64,000 bases of DNA from an uncultured Candidatus Saccharibacteria bacterium (GTDB lineage: Bacteria; Patescibacteriota; Minisyncoccia; Phycocordibacterales; UBA6899), in NCBI GenBank assembly GCA_964515375.1, contig CAZERF010000002.1:29164-93163 (forward strand). The letters are read 5' to 3'. Under the pieces are notes generated by a model. The model saw nothing but the letters and a program-made list of their open reading frames with translations, was not told where the DNA came from and searched no databases. The translations under genes and the position numbers were made by a program. Positions 21,066 through 30,758 of this stretch are shown here, piece by piece. Numbering within the stretch: position 1 is the stretch's first letter; every line of letters starts with the position of its first letter.

Positions 21066-21589
21066 TTGCCCTTCCCCACATTGTGTATTCAAAACACACA
21101 CAGAAAACGGAGAAACCGAGAGCGACTCCTTTCTCCGAGGCATGCATACCTGCCGAGAGCTAGACTTTCCGAGACCACAAAGGATCTCCGTTGGTTTTCC
21201 TATTCCTTGTACAAGGGCCGCCCTTGTACGGGGATTCTCCGATGTCCATCCTTGGACAACCCCACAGAAACCAAAACCAGACTTATGTACTTACGTAACA
21301 ATCCTTTTCTGGATTCCTCGATAAACCTCGGCGTGACGAAAGAATGCATCTCCATCCCTCTCACACACATTCCACTCTCCCCGCAGTCACTAGGCGACCT
21401 CAAATTCAAGGAGCAAGGTGACGACGAATTTGGAAGTACTCGGAGCGGTGCTTGGTGTCGTCAAAACATTCCATTTGGCAACCCGGCAAACAACGAAAAA
21501 TAGCTCGCCAACACGAAATGTTGAACAAAACAACCTTATGAACATTCAAAACCTCATCAGGATAAGCTATAATAAAGAGAGTCACGCAT

Positions 21590-22018
21590 ATGCAATTCCA
21601 AGTCCCACAATTTCTCGACGTCGAAGACAAGATCATTGGACCCTTTACGATCAAACAATTCATCTACCTTGCCGGCGGAGTCGGTATGGGATATATGCTG
21701 TATCGCTTCATACCCTATATCGGAGCGATTCTCGGTCTTGCGGTGATCGCACTCGGATGGGCACTCGGATTCTACAAGTACAATGGTAAGCCCCTTGTTC
21801 ACCTTGTTCAATCAGCCTTCCTTTACGCACAGAGTGGCCGGCTCTATATTTGGAAGCGGGCAAAGCGTCCAAACGAGGACATCCTCGACCTCTCCAACTT
21901 CAAGACGACCAAACGTACCAACGTGCTCACCAGTCAACATCACACAAGCAAACTTTCGGGAATGGCATGGTCCATTGGCCTCGACAAGAGCACGGAAGAA
22001 GAAGATGCGCTCACGTGA
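21590..22018 (+). CDS. PrgI family (VirB3-like) membrane protein
   Basis: MQFQVPQFLDVEDKIIGPFTIKQFIYL N-terminus, two TM helices, upstream of VirB4-like genes. Confidence 0.85.
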   Translation: MQFQVPQFLDVEDKIIGPFTIKQFIYLAGGVGMGYMLYRFIPYIGAILGLAVIALGWALGFYKYNGKPLVHLVQSAFLYAQSGRLYIWKRAKRPNEDILDLSNFKTTKRTNVLTSQHHTSKLSGMAWSIGLDKSTEEEDALT

Positions 22019-22045
22019 TTATTCGTTTTTTGATATACTCATACC

Positions 22046-22696
22046 ATGCCCATACCAGGAAAACCGACGCAGGATTTCATTCCGATCAAAGATATTCGGA
22101 ATGGTATCATCGTATTGAACGACGGGGGACTCCGTATGATCCTGATGACCTCATCGCTCAATTTTGGACTCAAATCCTCCGACGAACAAGCGGCGATCAT
22201 CATGCAATTCCAGAACTTTTTGAACTCGATCGAATTCCCGATCCAGATCTATATTCAATCAAAACGTCTCAATATCACCCCGTACCTCAAACTCCTTGAA
22301 GAACGCGAGCGCGTTCAACTCATCGATGCCATGAAGATCCAGGTACATGAATATATCAGCTTCATCAAGGACTTCACAGATCGCACAAACATCATGTCAA
22401 AGACCTTCTTTATCGTGATTCCTTATTCAGGAGGTCTGCAGCTCAAGAAGGGAAGCGGGGTCATGCTCGGATCCGCGGCCCCTGTTTCCAAAACAGCAAA
22501 GAAGGGAGGGTTGTCGGAAGACGAGATCAAGCGTTTCGAAGAAGCCCGCACTCAACTCGAGCAGCGTGTCGCCATTGTCGAACAAGGTCTCGCGCGATGT
22601 GATGTACGCACAACTCGCCTCGGCGACGAAGAGATCACGGAGCTCTTTTACAAGAAATTCAACCCCGGCGAGCTTGAGTCCGCCGTGCAAAACTGA
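22046..22696 (+). CDS. TraE/VirB4 N-terminal-like protein
   Basis: TQDFIPIKDIRNGII..SSLNFGLKSSDEQ..FQNFLNSI pattern; lies between PrgI and the ATPase. Confidence 0.7.
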   Translation: MPIPGKPTQDFIPIKDIRNGIIVLNDGGLRMILMTSSLNFGLKSSDEQAAIIMQFQNFLNSIEFPIQIYIQSKRLNITPYLKLLEERERVQLIDAMKIQVHEYISFIKDFTDRTNIMSKTFFIVIPYSGGLQLKKGSGVMLGSAAPVSKTAKKGGLSEDEIKRFEEARTQLEQRVAIVEQGLARCDVRTTRLGDEEITELFYKKFNPGELESAVQN

Positions 22697-22701
22697 ACAC
22701 C

Positions 22702-24507
22702 ATGCCCAACGAAAACAAAGGATACGAGATGTTCAACACTCAAGGAGTACTCCCTTCAGACCTTTACGAGGCGGCAAATGTCGACCTGCGCGACATCTTG
22801 GCTCCTGCGGCGGTCAAGGTCGAGCGCAACGCGATCTCGGTCGGAGACAAGCTTCTTCGAACATTCTTCGTTATTTCCTATCCGCGCTTCCTCTCGCAAG
22901 ATTGGTTCACTCCGGTTATCAACCTCGACAAGGTCTACGATATCTCGATCATGATCCACCCCGTCGAGACCGAACTCGCGCTCCGCACCTTCCAGAAAAA
23001 AGTCGCCGAAGTCCAGAGTCAGATCAACGAACGCGAGCGCAAGGGATTTGTGCGTGACCCGGTGCTCGATGTTGCATACCAAGATCTCGAGGACCTCCGT
23101 GACAAGCTCCAACAAGCACAGGAGCACCTCTTTGACGTCGGGGTCTACATCACTCTATATGGAAGCGACAAGGGAGAGCTCGACAAGGTTGAAGGCGAGC
23201 TCCGTTCGATCCTCGACTCCAAGCTTGTCTACCTGAAGCCCGCTATTTTTCAACAAGAACAAGGGTACCGCAGCGTTCTCCCTATCATGAAAGACGAGCT
23301 CGAAGTACACTACAAACTCAATTCCGCGCCGCTTTCTTCTATTTTCCCCTTTGTCTCCTTTGACTTAACCACCGACAAAGGGATTCTTTGGGGAATCAAT
23401 CGCCACAACGCCTCTCTCGTTCTTTTTGATCGCTTTTCGATGCCCAACTACAACTCGGTCACCTTTGCGGTCTCCGGTTCGGGAAAATCCTACACAACCA
23501 AACTCGAGATCTTGCGCACGCTCATGTTCGATGCGGATGTGATCGTGATCGACCCGGAGCAAGAATACCAATTCCTTGCAGAGGCGACAGGGGGGCGTTA
23601 CTTCAACATCTCACTCACCTCAGAGCACCACATCAACCCCTTCGACCTTCCAATCCCGCGCGACGACGAATCACCTGCCGACGTGCTTCGCTCAAACACG
23701 ATCTTTTTGGTCGGACTCTTCCGCATCATGCTGGGCGGGCTCTCTCCGGAAGAAGACGCCATCATTGACCGCGCCATTGGTGAAACCTACGCCCTCAAAG
23801 ATATCCACCCGGACTCAAACTTCGCCAACATCGAACCGCCACTTCTCTCCGACTTTGAACTCGTTCTCTCGGGAATGGACGGAACAGAAAGCCTCTTGCA
23901 GCGTCTCGAAAAGTACACCCGCGGAACATGGTCAGGGTTCATGAACATGCCGACGAACGTCGACATCACCAAACGCTTCACTGTTTTCTCTGTGCGCAAC
24001 ATGGAAGACGACCTAAAGCCGGTCGCGGTCTATATCATCACCCACCACATCTGGACCGCCATCCGCAAAGAACTTCGCAAACGCCTTCTCGTCGTCGACG
24101 AAGCCTGGTGGATGATGAAATCCGAAGACACTGCATCCTTCCTCTTTGGCCTCGCAAAACGCGGCCGCAAATACTACCTCGGTATCGCGACGATCACCCA
24201 AGACGTCAACGACTTCTTGCGCTCACCCTACGGACTTCCGATCTTGACCAACTCCTCCATCCAGATCCTCCTCAAGCAGTCCCCGACAACGATTGACCTT
24301 GTCCAACAAACCTTCCACATCACCGACGAGGAGAAGTACCTACTCCTTGAGTCGGGGGTGGGAGAAGGACTCTTCTTTGCCGGACTCAAACACGTCGCGA
24401 TCAAGGTCTACGCATCCTACACCGAAGACCAGATCGTCTCCTCCGATCCGGCACAGATGCTCGCGATCGCCAAAGCGAAAAAAGACCTTGAAATGGCACA
24501 AGAATAA
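22702..24507 (+). CDS. VirB4-like type IV secretion ATPase
   Basis: Walker A AVSGSGKS, VIDPEQEY, HINPFD, Walker B LVVDEAW, KRGRKY..ATITQD. Confidence 0.88.
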   Translation: MPNENKGYEMFNTQGVLPSDLYEAANVDLRDILAPAAVKVERNAISVGDKLLRTFFVISYPRFLSQDWFTPVINLDKVYDISIMIHPVETELALRTFQKKVAEVQSQINERERKGFVRDPVLDVAYQDLEDLRDKLQQAQEHLFDVGVYITLYGSDKGELDKVEGELRSILDSKLVYLKPAIFQQEQGYRSVLPIMKDELEVHYKLNSAPLSSIFPFVSFDLTTDKGILWGINRHNASLVLFDRFSMPNYNSVTFAVSGSGKSYTTKLEILRTLMFDADVIVIDPEQEYQFLAEATGGRYFNISLTSEHHINPFDLPIPRDDESPADVLRSNTIFLVGLFRIMLGGLSPEEDAIIDRAIGETYALKDIHPDSNFANIEPPLLSDFELVLSGMDGTESLLQRLEKYTRGTWSGFMNMPTNVDITKRFTVFSVRNMEDDLKPVAVYIITHHIWTAIRKELRKRLLVVDEAWWMMKSEDTASFLFGLAKRGRKYYLGIATITQDVNDFLRSPYGLPILTNSSIQILLKQSPTTIDLVQQTFHITDEEKYLLLESGVGEGLFFAGLKHVAIKVYASYTEDQIVSSDPAQMLAIAKAKKDLEMAQE

Positions 24508-24612
24508 TCTGCAACAGACCCCAAAACGGGGTCTGTTGTTTTCCGGCTGATTTATCAACACACATGATCATTTTCTCAAACACAAGAGAGTGAAATAAGA
24601 TATAATGGACAA

Positions 24613-25119
24613 GTGGGAACGATAACAGAAAAGGTCGTAAAAAAGCGCACACCTCTTGTTGCTCAGAGAAACACGTACATCGAGGAAAAGACTGCTGAAG
24701 CCAAGAAAAACGAAGTGCCAAAGGGTGGCTACATCCTCTTTTTTCTCGTGCTGGGGGTCGCGCTCATCGAAGACCTTCTCGACGGTGCATTCATTCTGCT
24801 TCAGCTTGTCGGGACCGGGCTTTCAGCAACGGCAGTCGGCGCGCCACTTGGAATGCCGATTGCCTTCCTCGCTGCGTTTGGCGAAAAGCTTGTTGGCCTC
24901 TTTGCAACAATGACTCTCCTTTTCTACTTCGGATTTATCGGTGGACGGCTCAGTTTGCGGTTGGCGATAATGAGTGTTGGGTTTATAATGGAGATGGTCC
25001 CATTCCTAAGTCTCCTTCCGTTCACCACGTTCACATTTGTATCCGCCTTCATGTTCGGTCGTATTTCAAAAAAAGTTCAAGGAAAGATCGTCGGAAAAAT
25101 GATTCCTAATAAAACGTAA
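24613..25119 (+). CDS. Membrane protein
   Basis: Several hydrophobic helices; TATAAT 6 nt before the GTG start. Confidence 0.7.
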   Translation: MGTITEKVVKKRTPLVAQRNTYIEEKTAEAKKNEVPKGGYILFFLVLGVALIEDLLDGAFILLQLVGTGLSATAVGAPLGMPIAFLAAFGEKLVGLFATMTLLFYFGFIGGRLSLRLAIMSVGFIMEMVPFLSLLPFTTFTFVSAFMFGRISKKVQGKIVGKMIPNKT

Positions 25120-25137
25120 TTTAACGCATCATAAGTC

Positions 25138-26109
25138 ATGACTCGTATACATTTCATTATCGTTTCCCTCTTCTCCTCATTCGTATTCTTTCCGTCTGTC
25201 GCACTTGCGATCGACCTCATCACTATGAGTACGATCCCCGCGATTCCGGGGCCCAACCAAGAGGTGACTCTCACCATCAACTCATTTGCGGTAAATCTCA
25301 ACTCCTCCGAGATCGTTTGGTATGTCGACGGAGAACCGATGGCGCAAGGCATGGCAATGAAAAGCTTCTCCTTCCGCACCAAGGATTTTGGGAGTCCCTC
25401 CATCATCAACGCATCGATCGTCGGCCCGAACGGCACGATCGACAAACGTTTTGTCGTAGAGCCTTCCGAAGTTGATCTTCTTTGGGAAGCCAATACTATC
25501 ACCCCGCCCTTTTATAAAGGAAAAGCGCTCCCCACCTTCAAAAGCTTGGTGCGGGTGACTGCAATTCCCCGCAAGAATTCCCCTTCAAGCGACCCCTCAA
25601 CCTTTTATTATAAATGGACATACAACCGCATCCAAGGACTCGGCGAAGCACAAAGCATGAACAGTGTCACGATTCCAATGGGTTACCCCGACTCTCCGGT
25701 CCCCGTCAATGTTGAAGTCACCATGAAAGGCACTGACTGGAAAGCACCGGAATTCATGAATGTCGTACCCACAGAACCAAAAATCGTCTTTTACGAAGAA
25801 GCGCCACTTCTTGGTACGAATTTTTTTACCGCACTCACAAAAGGGTCTGAACGAGAAGGCAATCAAATCGCTCTCCGTGCCGTGCCGTATTTCTTCTCGA
25901 CCGAGAACCTTATTAACAACGATCTCGTCTACACATGGATAGTGAACGGAACGACACAAGCACGCGGTTTTGACCCGACCAAGCTTCAACTCCAAAAGTC
26001 AGGAAAGGGTGCCGAGAGCTTCAGTGTCAACCTTCGCATCCAAAACCCGAAGCGCATTCTTCAAGAAGCGCGTGCAGCAACAAGCATTACACTCCCTTCG
26101 GAGGAATAA
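25138..26109 (+). CDS. Secreted beta-rich (Ig-like) hypothetical protein
   Basis: Signal peptide ending VALA; repeated W.V.G strands. Confidence 0.75.
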   Translation: MTRIHFIIVSLFSSFVFFPSVALAIDLITMSTIPAIPGPNQEVTLTINSFAVNLNSSEIVWYVDGEPMAQGMAMKSFSFRTKDFGSPSIINASIVGPNGTIDKRFVVEPSEVDLLWEANTITPPFYKGKALPTFKSLVRVTAIPRKNSPSSDPSTFYYKWTYNRIQGLGEAQSMNSVTIPMGYPDSPVPVNVEVTMKGTDWKAPEFMNVVPTEPKIVFYEEAPLLGTNFFTALTKGSEREGNQIALRAVPYFFSTENLINNDLVYTWIVNGTTQARGFDPTKLQLQKSGKGAESFSVNLRIQNPKRILQEARAATSITLPSEE

Positions 26110-26130
26110 TCATTTTTTGACAAACGGTAT

Positions 26131-27534
26131 ATGGACGAACAACAACAAAATAACAAAAAGAAGATCATTATTGTGGGTGGGGTGATCATTGCGCTTCTTC
26201 TTGTTCTCCTCGGTGTTCTCTTCTTCTTGCGCAACGAAGAAGGAGAAGGGGGGATCATGACCTCACTCTTTGGCAATCTTGGTATTGAGACCCCTCGCGA
26301 AGGGAACGCGCCGATCACTCCGGGAGATCCTTCTTCAAACGGAGAAAACAATGGGCAACAAAAAGAAGAAGAACCTCTTTTCCGACAACTCTCGACATTT
26401 CCCGTTGCGGGAGCAACCTCACTCGAGAGGGGAGAGAAGACTGTTGTGCGATTCATTGCGCGTGAGAACGGGTTTGTCTATGAAACGGATCCACGCACCG
26501 GGGTCGTCACCCAGCTCACCAATACAACCGTCCCCCGCATCCACGAGGCACGCTTTGCACTCGACGGAGGGGCAATCATCCTTCGCTATCTTCAGGTCGA
26601 AGATCGACTTCTAAAGAAAGAGAGCATTCGTACGTATCTTGCCTATCTTTCAGTCCCCGAATTTTCTGCAGAAAGCACCTCAACCAACCCTGTGCTCGGA
26701 CGGTTGACCGGGGATTTCCTTCCCGACAATATCACTGAACTCAGTGTTTCACCCGATGGGACGCAACTGTTTTACCTTCTCCCGATCGCAAACGGCGTTT
26801 CCGGAACGATTGTGAATATTCGCACCAAAGAAGCCCGTGAGATCTTTCGCAATTCCTTTAGCGAATGGATTCCTCAACTCTTGAATGACGGAACGATCAT
26901 CCTTACCACCAAGGCATCCGCGCGGTTTGAGGGTTATGTCTATCATTACGACCCCGACAAGAAGACTCTTTCTCGCGTGATCAGAAAAGTGCGCGGTGTC
27001 ACCTCATTTACCAACCCAACGGGCACACGCACCCTTTTCAATGAAATTACTCCAGGTTCTGTTCGCTTGAATGTGTGGACACAAGAGGGGTATCTCTATG
27101 ACGAAGAGGGGGTACGAGAGAGCATCACGATTCCCATTGCAACACTCCCTGAAAAATGCTCATGGGCAAAAAACAACGTCCGTATTTTTTGTGGCGCATC
27201 AATGGGCACCCCGCGCGGAGAGCTCCCCGATGAGTGGTATCAGGGCACAATGAGCTTCCAAGACACCTTCTGGACTGTCGACACGGACACTTCTGAGATC
27301 ACCTTTCTCGCGGACCCAACCAAGGAAGAGAAGGCTCTACGTTCATTTGACGTCATTTGGCCGTTCACGAGTGTTGATGAGCGCTACATGATCTTTACCA
27401 ACAAAACCGACATGAACCTCTGGTCATTCCGTATTCCGAAAGAAAAATACATGGAACAAGAGAAGGACACCTCAACCGAAGAGGAAGAATTGACCGAAGA
27501 CGAACTCAAAGATGCGGCCGGAAGCCAACTCTAA
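26131..27534 (+). CDS. Membrane-anchored, probably beta-propeller (TolB-like) protein
   Basis: N-terminal TM; SVSPDGTQLFY propeller-like blade motif. Confidence 0.7.
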   Translation: MDEQQQNNKKKIIIVGGVIIALLLVLLGVLFFLRNEEGEGGIMTSLFGNLGIETPREGNAPITPGDPSSNGENNGQQKEEEPLFRQLSTFPVAGATSLERGEKTVVRFIARENGFVYETDPRTGVVTQLTNTTVPRIHEARFALDGGAIILRYLQVEDRLLKKESIRTYLAYLSVPEFSAESTSTNPVLGRLTGDFLPDNITELSVSPDGTQLFYLLPIANGVSGTIVNIRTKEAREIFRNSFSEWIPQLLNDGTIILTTKASARFEGYVYHYDPDKKTLSRVIRKVRGVTSFTNPTGTRTLFNEITPGSVRLNVWTQEGYLYDEEGVRESITIPIATLPEKCSWAKNNVRIFCGASMGTPRGELPDEWYQGTMSFQDTFWTVDTDTSEITFLADPTKEEKALRSFDVIWPFTSVDERYMIFTNKTDMNLWSFRIPKEKYMEQEKDTSTEEEELTEDELKDAAGSQL

Positions 27535-27950
27535 AAAAGAGATCCCCTCACTGGGGATTTCTTTTTGGGTCTTTTTCATCATGACGAGTATAATGAAAGG
27601 ATGATACGCATATTCACACTTCTCTTTTCTCTTATTCCATTCTTTGCGTTTGCGGGTGACAAAACATATACACTCATTGCTCCGATCGGAACATTGAGTG
27701 GTGCGGTGACTCTCCAAACATATCTCGAGGGTGCATTCACGACCATTATCGGTATTGCAGGGATCTTGGCGGTCCTTATGCTCGTGATCTGCGGGATCAA
27801 ACTGATGGGTACCGGGTCGGTATCCGCAAAGAGTGAAGCGAAGCAGTGTATCTATAATGCGATCTTTGGACTACTCTTGGCATTGTCATCGTGGATCATC
27901 TTAAACACGATCAATCCGATGCTTCTGCGGAGTGATGCGGAGCTGGCGGT
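27533..27950 (+). repeat. 418-bp direct repeat, copy 1 (terminator + promoter + about 116 codons)
   Basis: Identical by eye to 28685-29102, offset 1152 bp. Confidence 0.93.
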
Positions 27951-28683
27951 TGCGGTGCCGTCGGCGCCTCCGGCGGCACAATCACAAGGAGGAGTGCTTG
28001 AGGGTGGTCAAGTCGCGCCTGGGGACGATCCAATGCCAACCGAAGAAGGCTGGTACTATCGCTACAAAGTTCCCGCAGGGAATGTGAAGAACTCGACAAG
28101 ATTTGATACCGCACAAGGTTGTCTTTCAGTACAAGAGGCACAAGAACAAACAGAACCGGCGAGTGTCGTCAAAAAATGCTTCCAGGTCGAAAAACAAGTT
28201 GGAGGAGTCACACTTTCGGGACTATCAGCAGATGAAAAAGGCACGCGAAATGCGTTGTGTGGGAATGACTCTTGTGTGAGTGAAAGCTCAACCAATGTGT
28301 ACATTAACAACGCGCCATGCCCCCCGGGAAGCGCCGGGAAGGGGTGTACCAATGTCACAAAACTTCCCACCGAAACCGTGAACATGGTGAAATCACTGGC
28401 GTCAAAATGTGGATGCAGAGTAACGATCACCGGAGGGACAGAACCCGGACACCAAACACACGGGCCAAACAATCCCCAGATCGATATCACTCTCAAAAAC
28501 CCGACACTCAACAATTATATTCAAAAGAATGCGACAGCATCTCGCGCTGCAGGAGGAAATGCTGCCAATAAATATGCGGTTGACGGATGGTGGTTCGTCG
28601 ACGAAAAAGGTGCTCAACCCCACTGGCATATCTGCCCAGTCGGATATGTCCAAGAAAGGGAAAAATGGTGTGGGCCAATATAG
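27601..28683 (+). CDS. TrbC/VirB2-like pilin domain fused to a putative Zn peptidase (M15/LAS-like) domain
   Basis: GIAGILAVLMLVICGIKLM...SEAKQCIYNAIFGLLLALSSWIILNTINP pilin; C-terminal ITGGTEPGH.THG...ID...HWH. Confidence 0.72.
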   Translation: MIRIFTLLFSLIPFFAFAGDKTYTLIAPIGTLSGAVTLQTYLEGAFTTIIGIAGILAVLMLVICGIKLMGTGSVSAKSEAKQCIYNAIFGLLLALSSWIILNTINPMLLRSDAELAVAVPSAPPAAQSQGGVLEGGQVAPGDDPMPTEEGWYYRYKVPAGNVKNSTRFDTAQGCLSVQEAQEQTEPASVVKKCFQVEKQVGGVTLSGLSADEKGTRNALCGNDSCVSESSTNVYINNAPCPPGSAGKGCTNVTKLPTETVNMVKSLASKCGCRVTITGGTEPGHQTHGPNNPQIDITLKNPTLNNYIQKNATASRAAGGNAANKYAVDGWWFVDEKGAQPHWHICPVGYVQEREKWCGPI

Positions 28684-28684
28684 C

Positions 28685-29102
28685 AAAAAAGAGATCCCCT
28701 CACTGGGGATTTCTTTTTGGGTCTTTTTCATCATGACGAGTATAATGAAAGGATGATACGCATATTCACACTTCTCTTTTCTCTTATTCCATTCTTTGCG
28801 TTTGCGGGTGACAAAACATATACACTCATTGCTCCGATCGGAACATTGAGTGGTGCGGTGACTCTCCAAACATATCTCGAGGGTGCATTCACGACCATTA
28901 TCGGTATTGCAGGGATCTTGGCGGTCCTTATGCTCGTGATCTGCGGGATCAAACTGATGGGTACCGGGTCGGTATCCGCAAAGAGTGAAGCGAAGCAGTG
29001 TATCTATAATGCGATCTTTGGACTACTCTTGGCATTGTCATCGTGGATCATCTTAAACACGATCAATCCGATGCTTCTGCGGAGTGATGCGGAGCTGGCG
29101 GT
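28685..29102 (+). repeat. 418-bp direct repeat, copy 2
   Basis: Identical by eye to 27533-27950. Confidence 0.93.
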
Positions 29103-29991
29103 ATACGTACCCAAGGCTCCCACAGGAGCACCTGCGGTGGGAAGTACTCCAAGTATAGCTGGTGCCCCAACTGCACCAGGTTGTTATTTTAAGTTCAAAG
29201 ACCTAAAAACAAAAAAGACTGAGTATCAACGTTTTGACTCAACAAGCGACGGAACATGTCTATCATGCAACGAAGTACGCAGAAATTTTCAACTCTACCC
29301 CGAACAATATGAAATACTAAGCGAATGTTACGAGATCAAGGAAGGTCAAACTCCCACCCCTCCTCCGGGAGATACAAGAGGAACACTCATGGATGGCGTA
29401 CGTTGTTCAGGACAACCTGCGAACCTCTGCGAGCCGTATCCGCTTCCCGGTGGCTGCGAAAACACACAATGCGCACAATTCTTTCCAATGGTGAGGAGTG
29501 CGGCAAGAGGTTCGGCAACCGCAAGTTTTCTTATGGCAATGATAGTAAAAGAGTCCTCATGCGGAATGAACCTCACCTCCCCTGCGGGAGCATGTGGACC
29601 AACACAACTCCTTCCATCAACAGCAAACGCATATAAAGCAGCCTGTGGTGTCACCGAAACAATCACTTGCCAATGGTTAGCAAGTAAGGCAAACTGGCAG
29701 AAGGCGATATGTATCAGTGCAAATTACTTCAACTCCAACACAGGAAGCGGTTGTGGTTCTAGTGTTATCGGACTTGCGGCGGGGTACAACGGTGGATACG
29801 GGAGTAAAACCTGTGGCCCAAGTGCAAACTGTGCCTCTCAAACAAGTTGCCGCGGTGGAACAGTGCGTCGCTGGGAATGCCCCTACGAAGACAATGCGCA
29901 CACTCAGTGTAACGCAGGGTATAGAGAAACACGAAACTATGGACCGATGGTCCTCTACTGTCAGCAGTATTACCAACAGAAAGGACTCTGA
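28753..29991 (+). CDS. TrbC/VirB2-like pilin domain fused to an SLT-type lytic transglycosylase
   Basis: Same N-terminus as 27601; AMIVKESS, GACGPTQLLPSTA, AAGYNGG motifs; Cys-rich. Confidence 0.78.
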   Translation: MIRIFTLLFSLIPFFAFAGDKTYTLIAPIGTLSGAVTLQTYLEGAFTTIIGIAGILAVLMLVICGIKLMGTGSVSAKSEAKQCIYNAIFGLLLALSSWIILNTINPMLLRSDAELAVYVPKAPTGAPAVGSTPSIAGAPTAPGCYFKFKDLKTKKTEYQRFDSTSDGTCLSCNEVRRNFQLYPEQYEILSECYEIKEGQTPTPPPGDTRGTLMDGVRCSGQPANLCEPYPLPGGCENTQCAQFFPMVRSAARGSATASFLMAMIVKESSCGMNLTSPAGACGPTQLLPSTANAYKAACGVTETITCQWLASKANWQKAICISANYFNSNTGSGCGSSVIGLAAGYNGGYGSKTCGPSANCASQTSCRGGTVRRWECPYEDNAHTQCNAGYRETRNYGPMVLYCQQYYQQKGL

Positions 29992-29993
29992 TC

Positions 29994-30716
29994 ATGAAAA
30001 AAATACTCGTTACACTTATCGCACTACTCTTCCTTCCTTTCTCTCTTGTTTGGGCAATGACCGCATCTCCTATTGAGGAATGGCATATTATCTATCATCT
30101 AAAGTATCGAAACGGGACACTCACATCGGATACCTCATCAGGTTTGGCGTACACCCCGATCATGTATACCCCAGAGTCGCTCGGTCAATCAGATCCAAAA
30201 GATTCCGACTTTTACGCAACAACTCTAAGCGGGAGCGGTACAGAGATCGAACGATTCGGTTTCAACATCCCCACCGTCTATTCACCGGCGCTTGGAGAAA
30301 GTCTCTTTGATGTGACCGGAAAATACTTTGCGTATGCCGATCGCATTGTTTTTTTCAAGAAGGGAGGAGTTGAACTCTTCCGGATCTCACTCAAGGGAAG
30401 TTCTTTTTGTAACGAAGACACGGTGTGCAATGCGGATGCTGGAGAGGATCACATGAACTGTCCAATGGACTGCCCAGCTCCACAGCCAACGACACAAACA
30501 GAGCAAGATCCGACAACAAAGAACGTCACACCCGCAACCCCAAACACCGGTACACCAAATGCGCCGATCGATGTTTCAGTAACACAAGGAGGCGAAAACG
30601 GGAGCAGTACACCACTCCTCACTCCAACACGCACAACTCTCATCGTCGCATCACTTATTGTTCTCATCCTCTTCGGAATACTCTGGAAACTCAAAAGATT
30701 CCGAGATGAAGAATAA
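29994..30716 (+). CDS. Secreted protein with small Cys motif and C-terminal TM anchor
   Basis: Signal peptide; FCNEDTVCN...E...NCPMDC; Pro/Thr linker; TM plus basic tail. Confidence 0.75.
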   Translation: MKKILVTLIALLFLPFSLVWAMTASPIEEWHIIYHLKYRNGTLTSDTSSGLAYTPIMYTPESLGQSDPKDSDFYATTLSGSGTEIERFGFNIPTVYSPALGESLFDVTGKYFAYADRIVFFKKGGVELFRISLKGSSFCNEDTVCNADAGEDHMNCPMDCPAPQPTTQTEQDPTTKNVTPATPNTGTPNAPIDVSVTQGGENGSSTPLLTPTRTTLIVASLIVLILFGILWKLKRFRDEE

Positions 30717-30758
30717 GAACAACCCCCTTCAGATGAAGGGGGTTTCTTTTTGTGTTCC

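Noticed and set aside
21150-21290. RNase P RNA (GGAAAGTC-like and CAGACTTAT-like motifs)
   Set aside because: The two P4-like motifs lie on opposite strands, inconsistent with a standard rnpB gene.
27533-29102. Diversity-generating retroelement template/variable repeat pair
   Set aside because: The copies are identical with no adenine-specific mismatches, they cover 5' ends rather than C-termini, and no reverse transcriptase is in the window.
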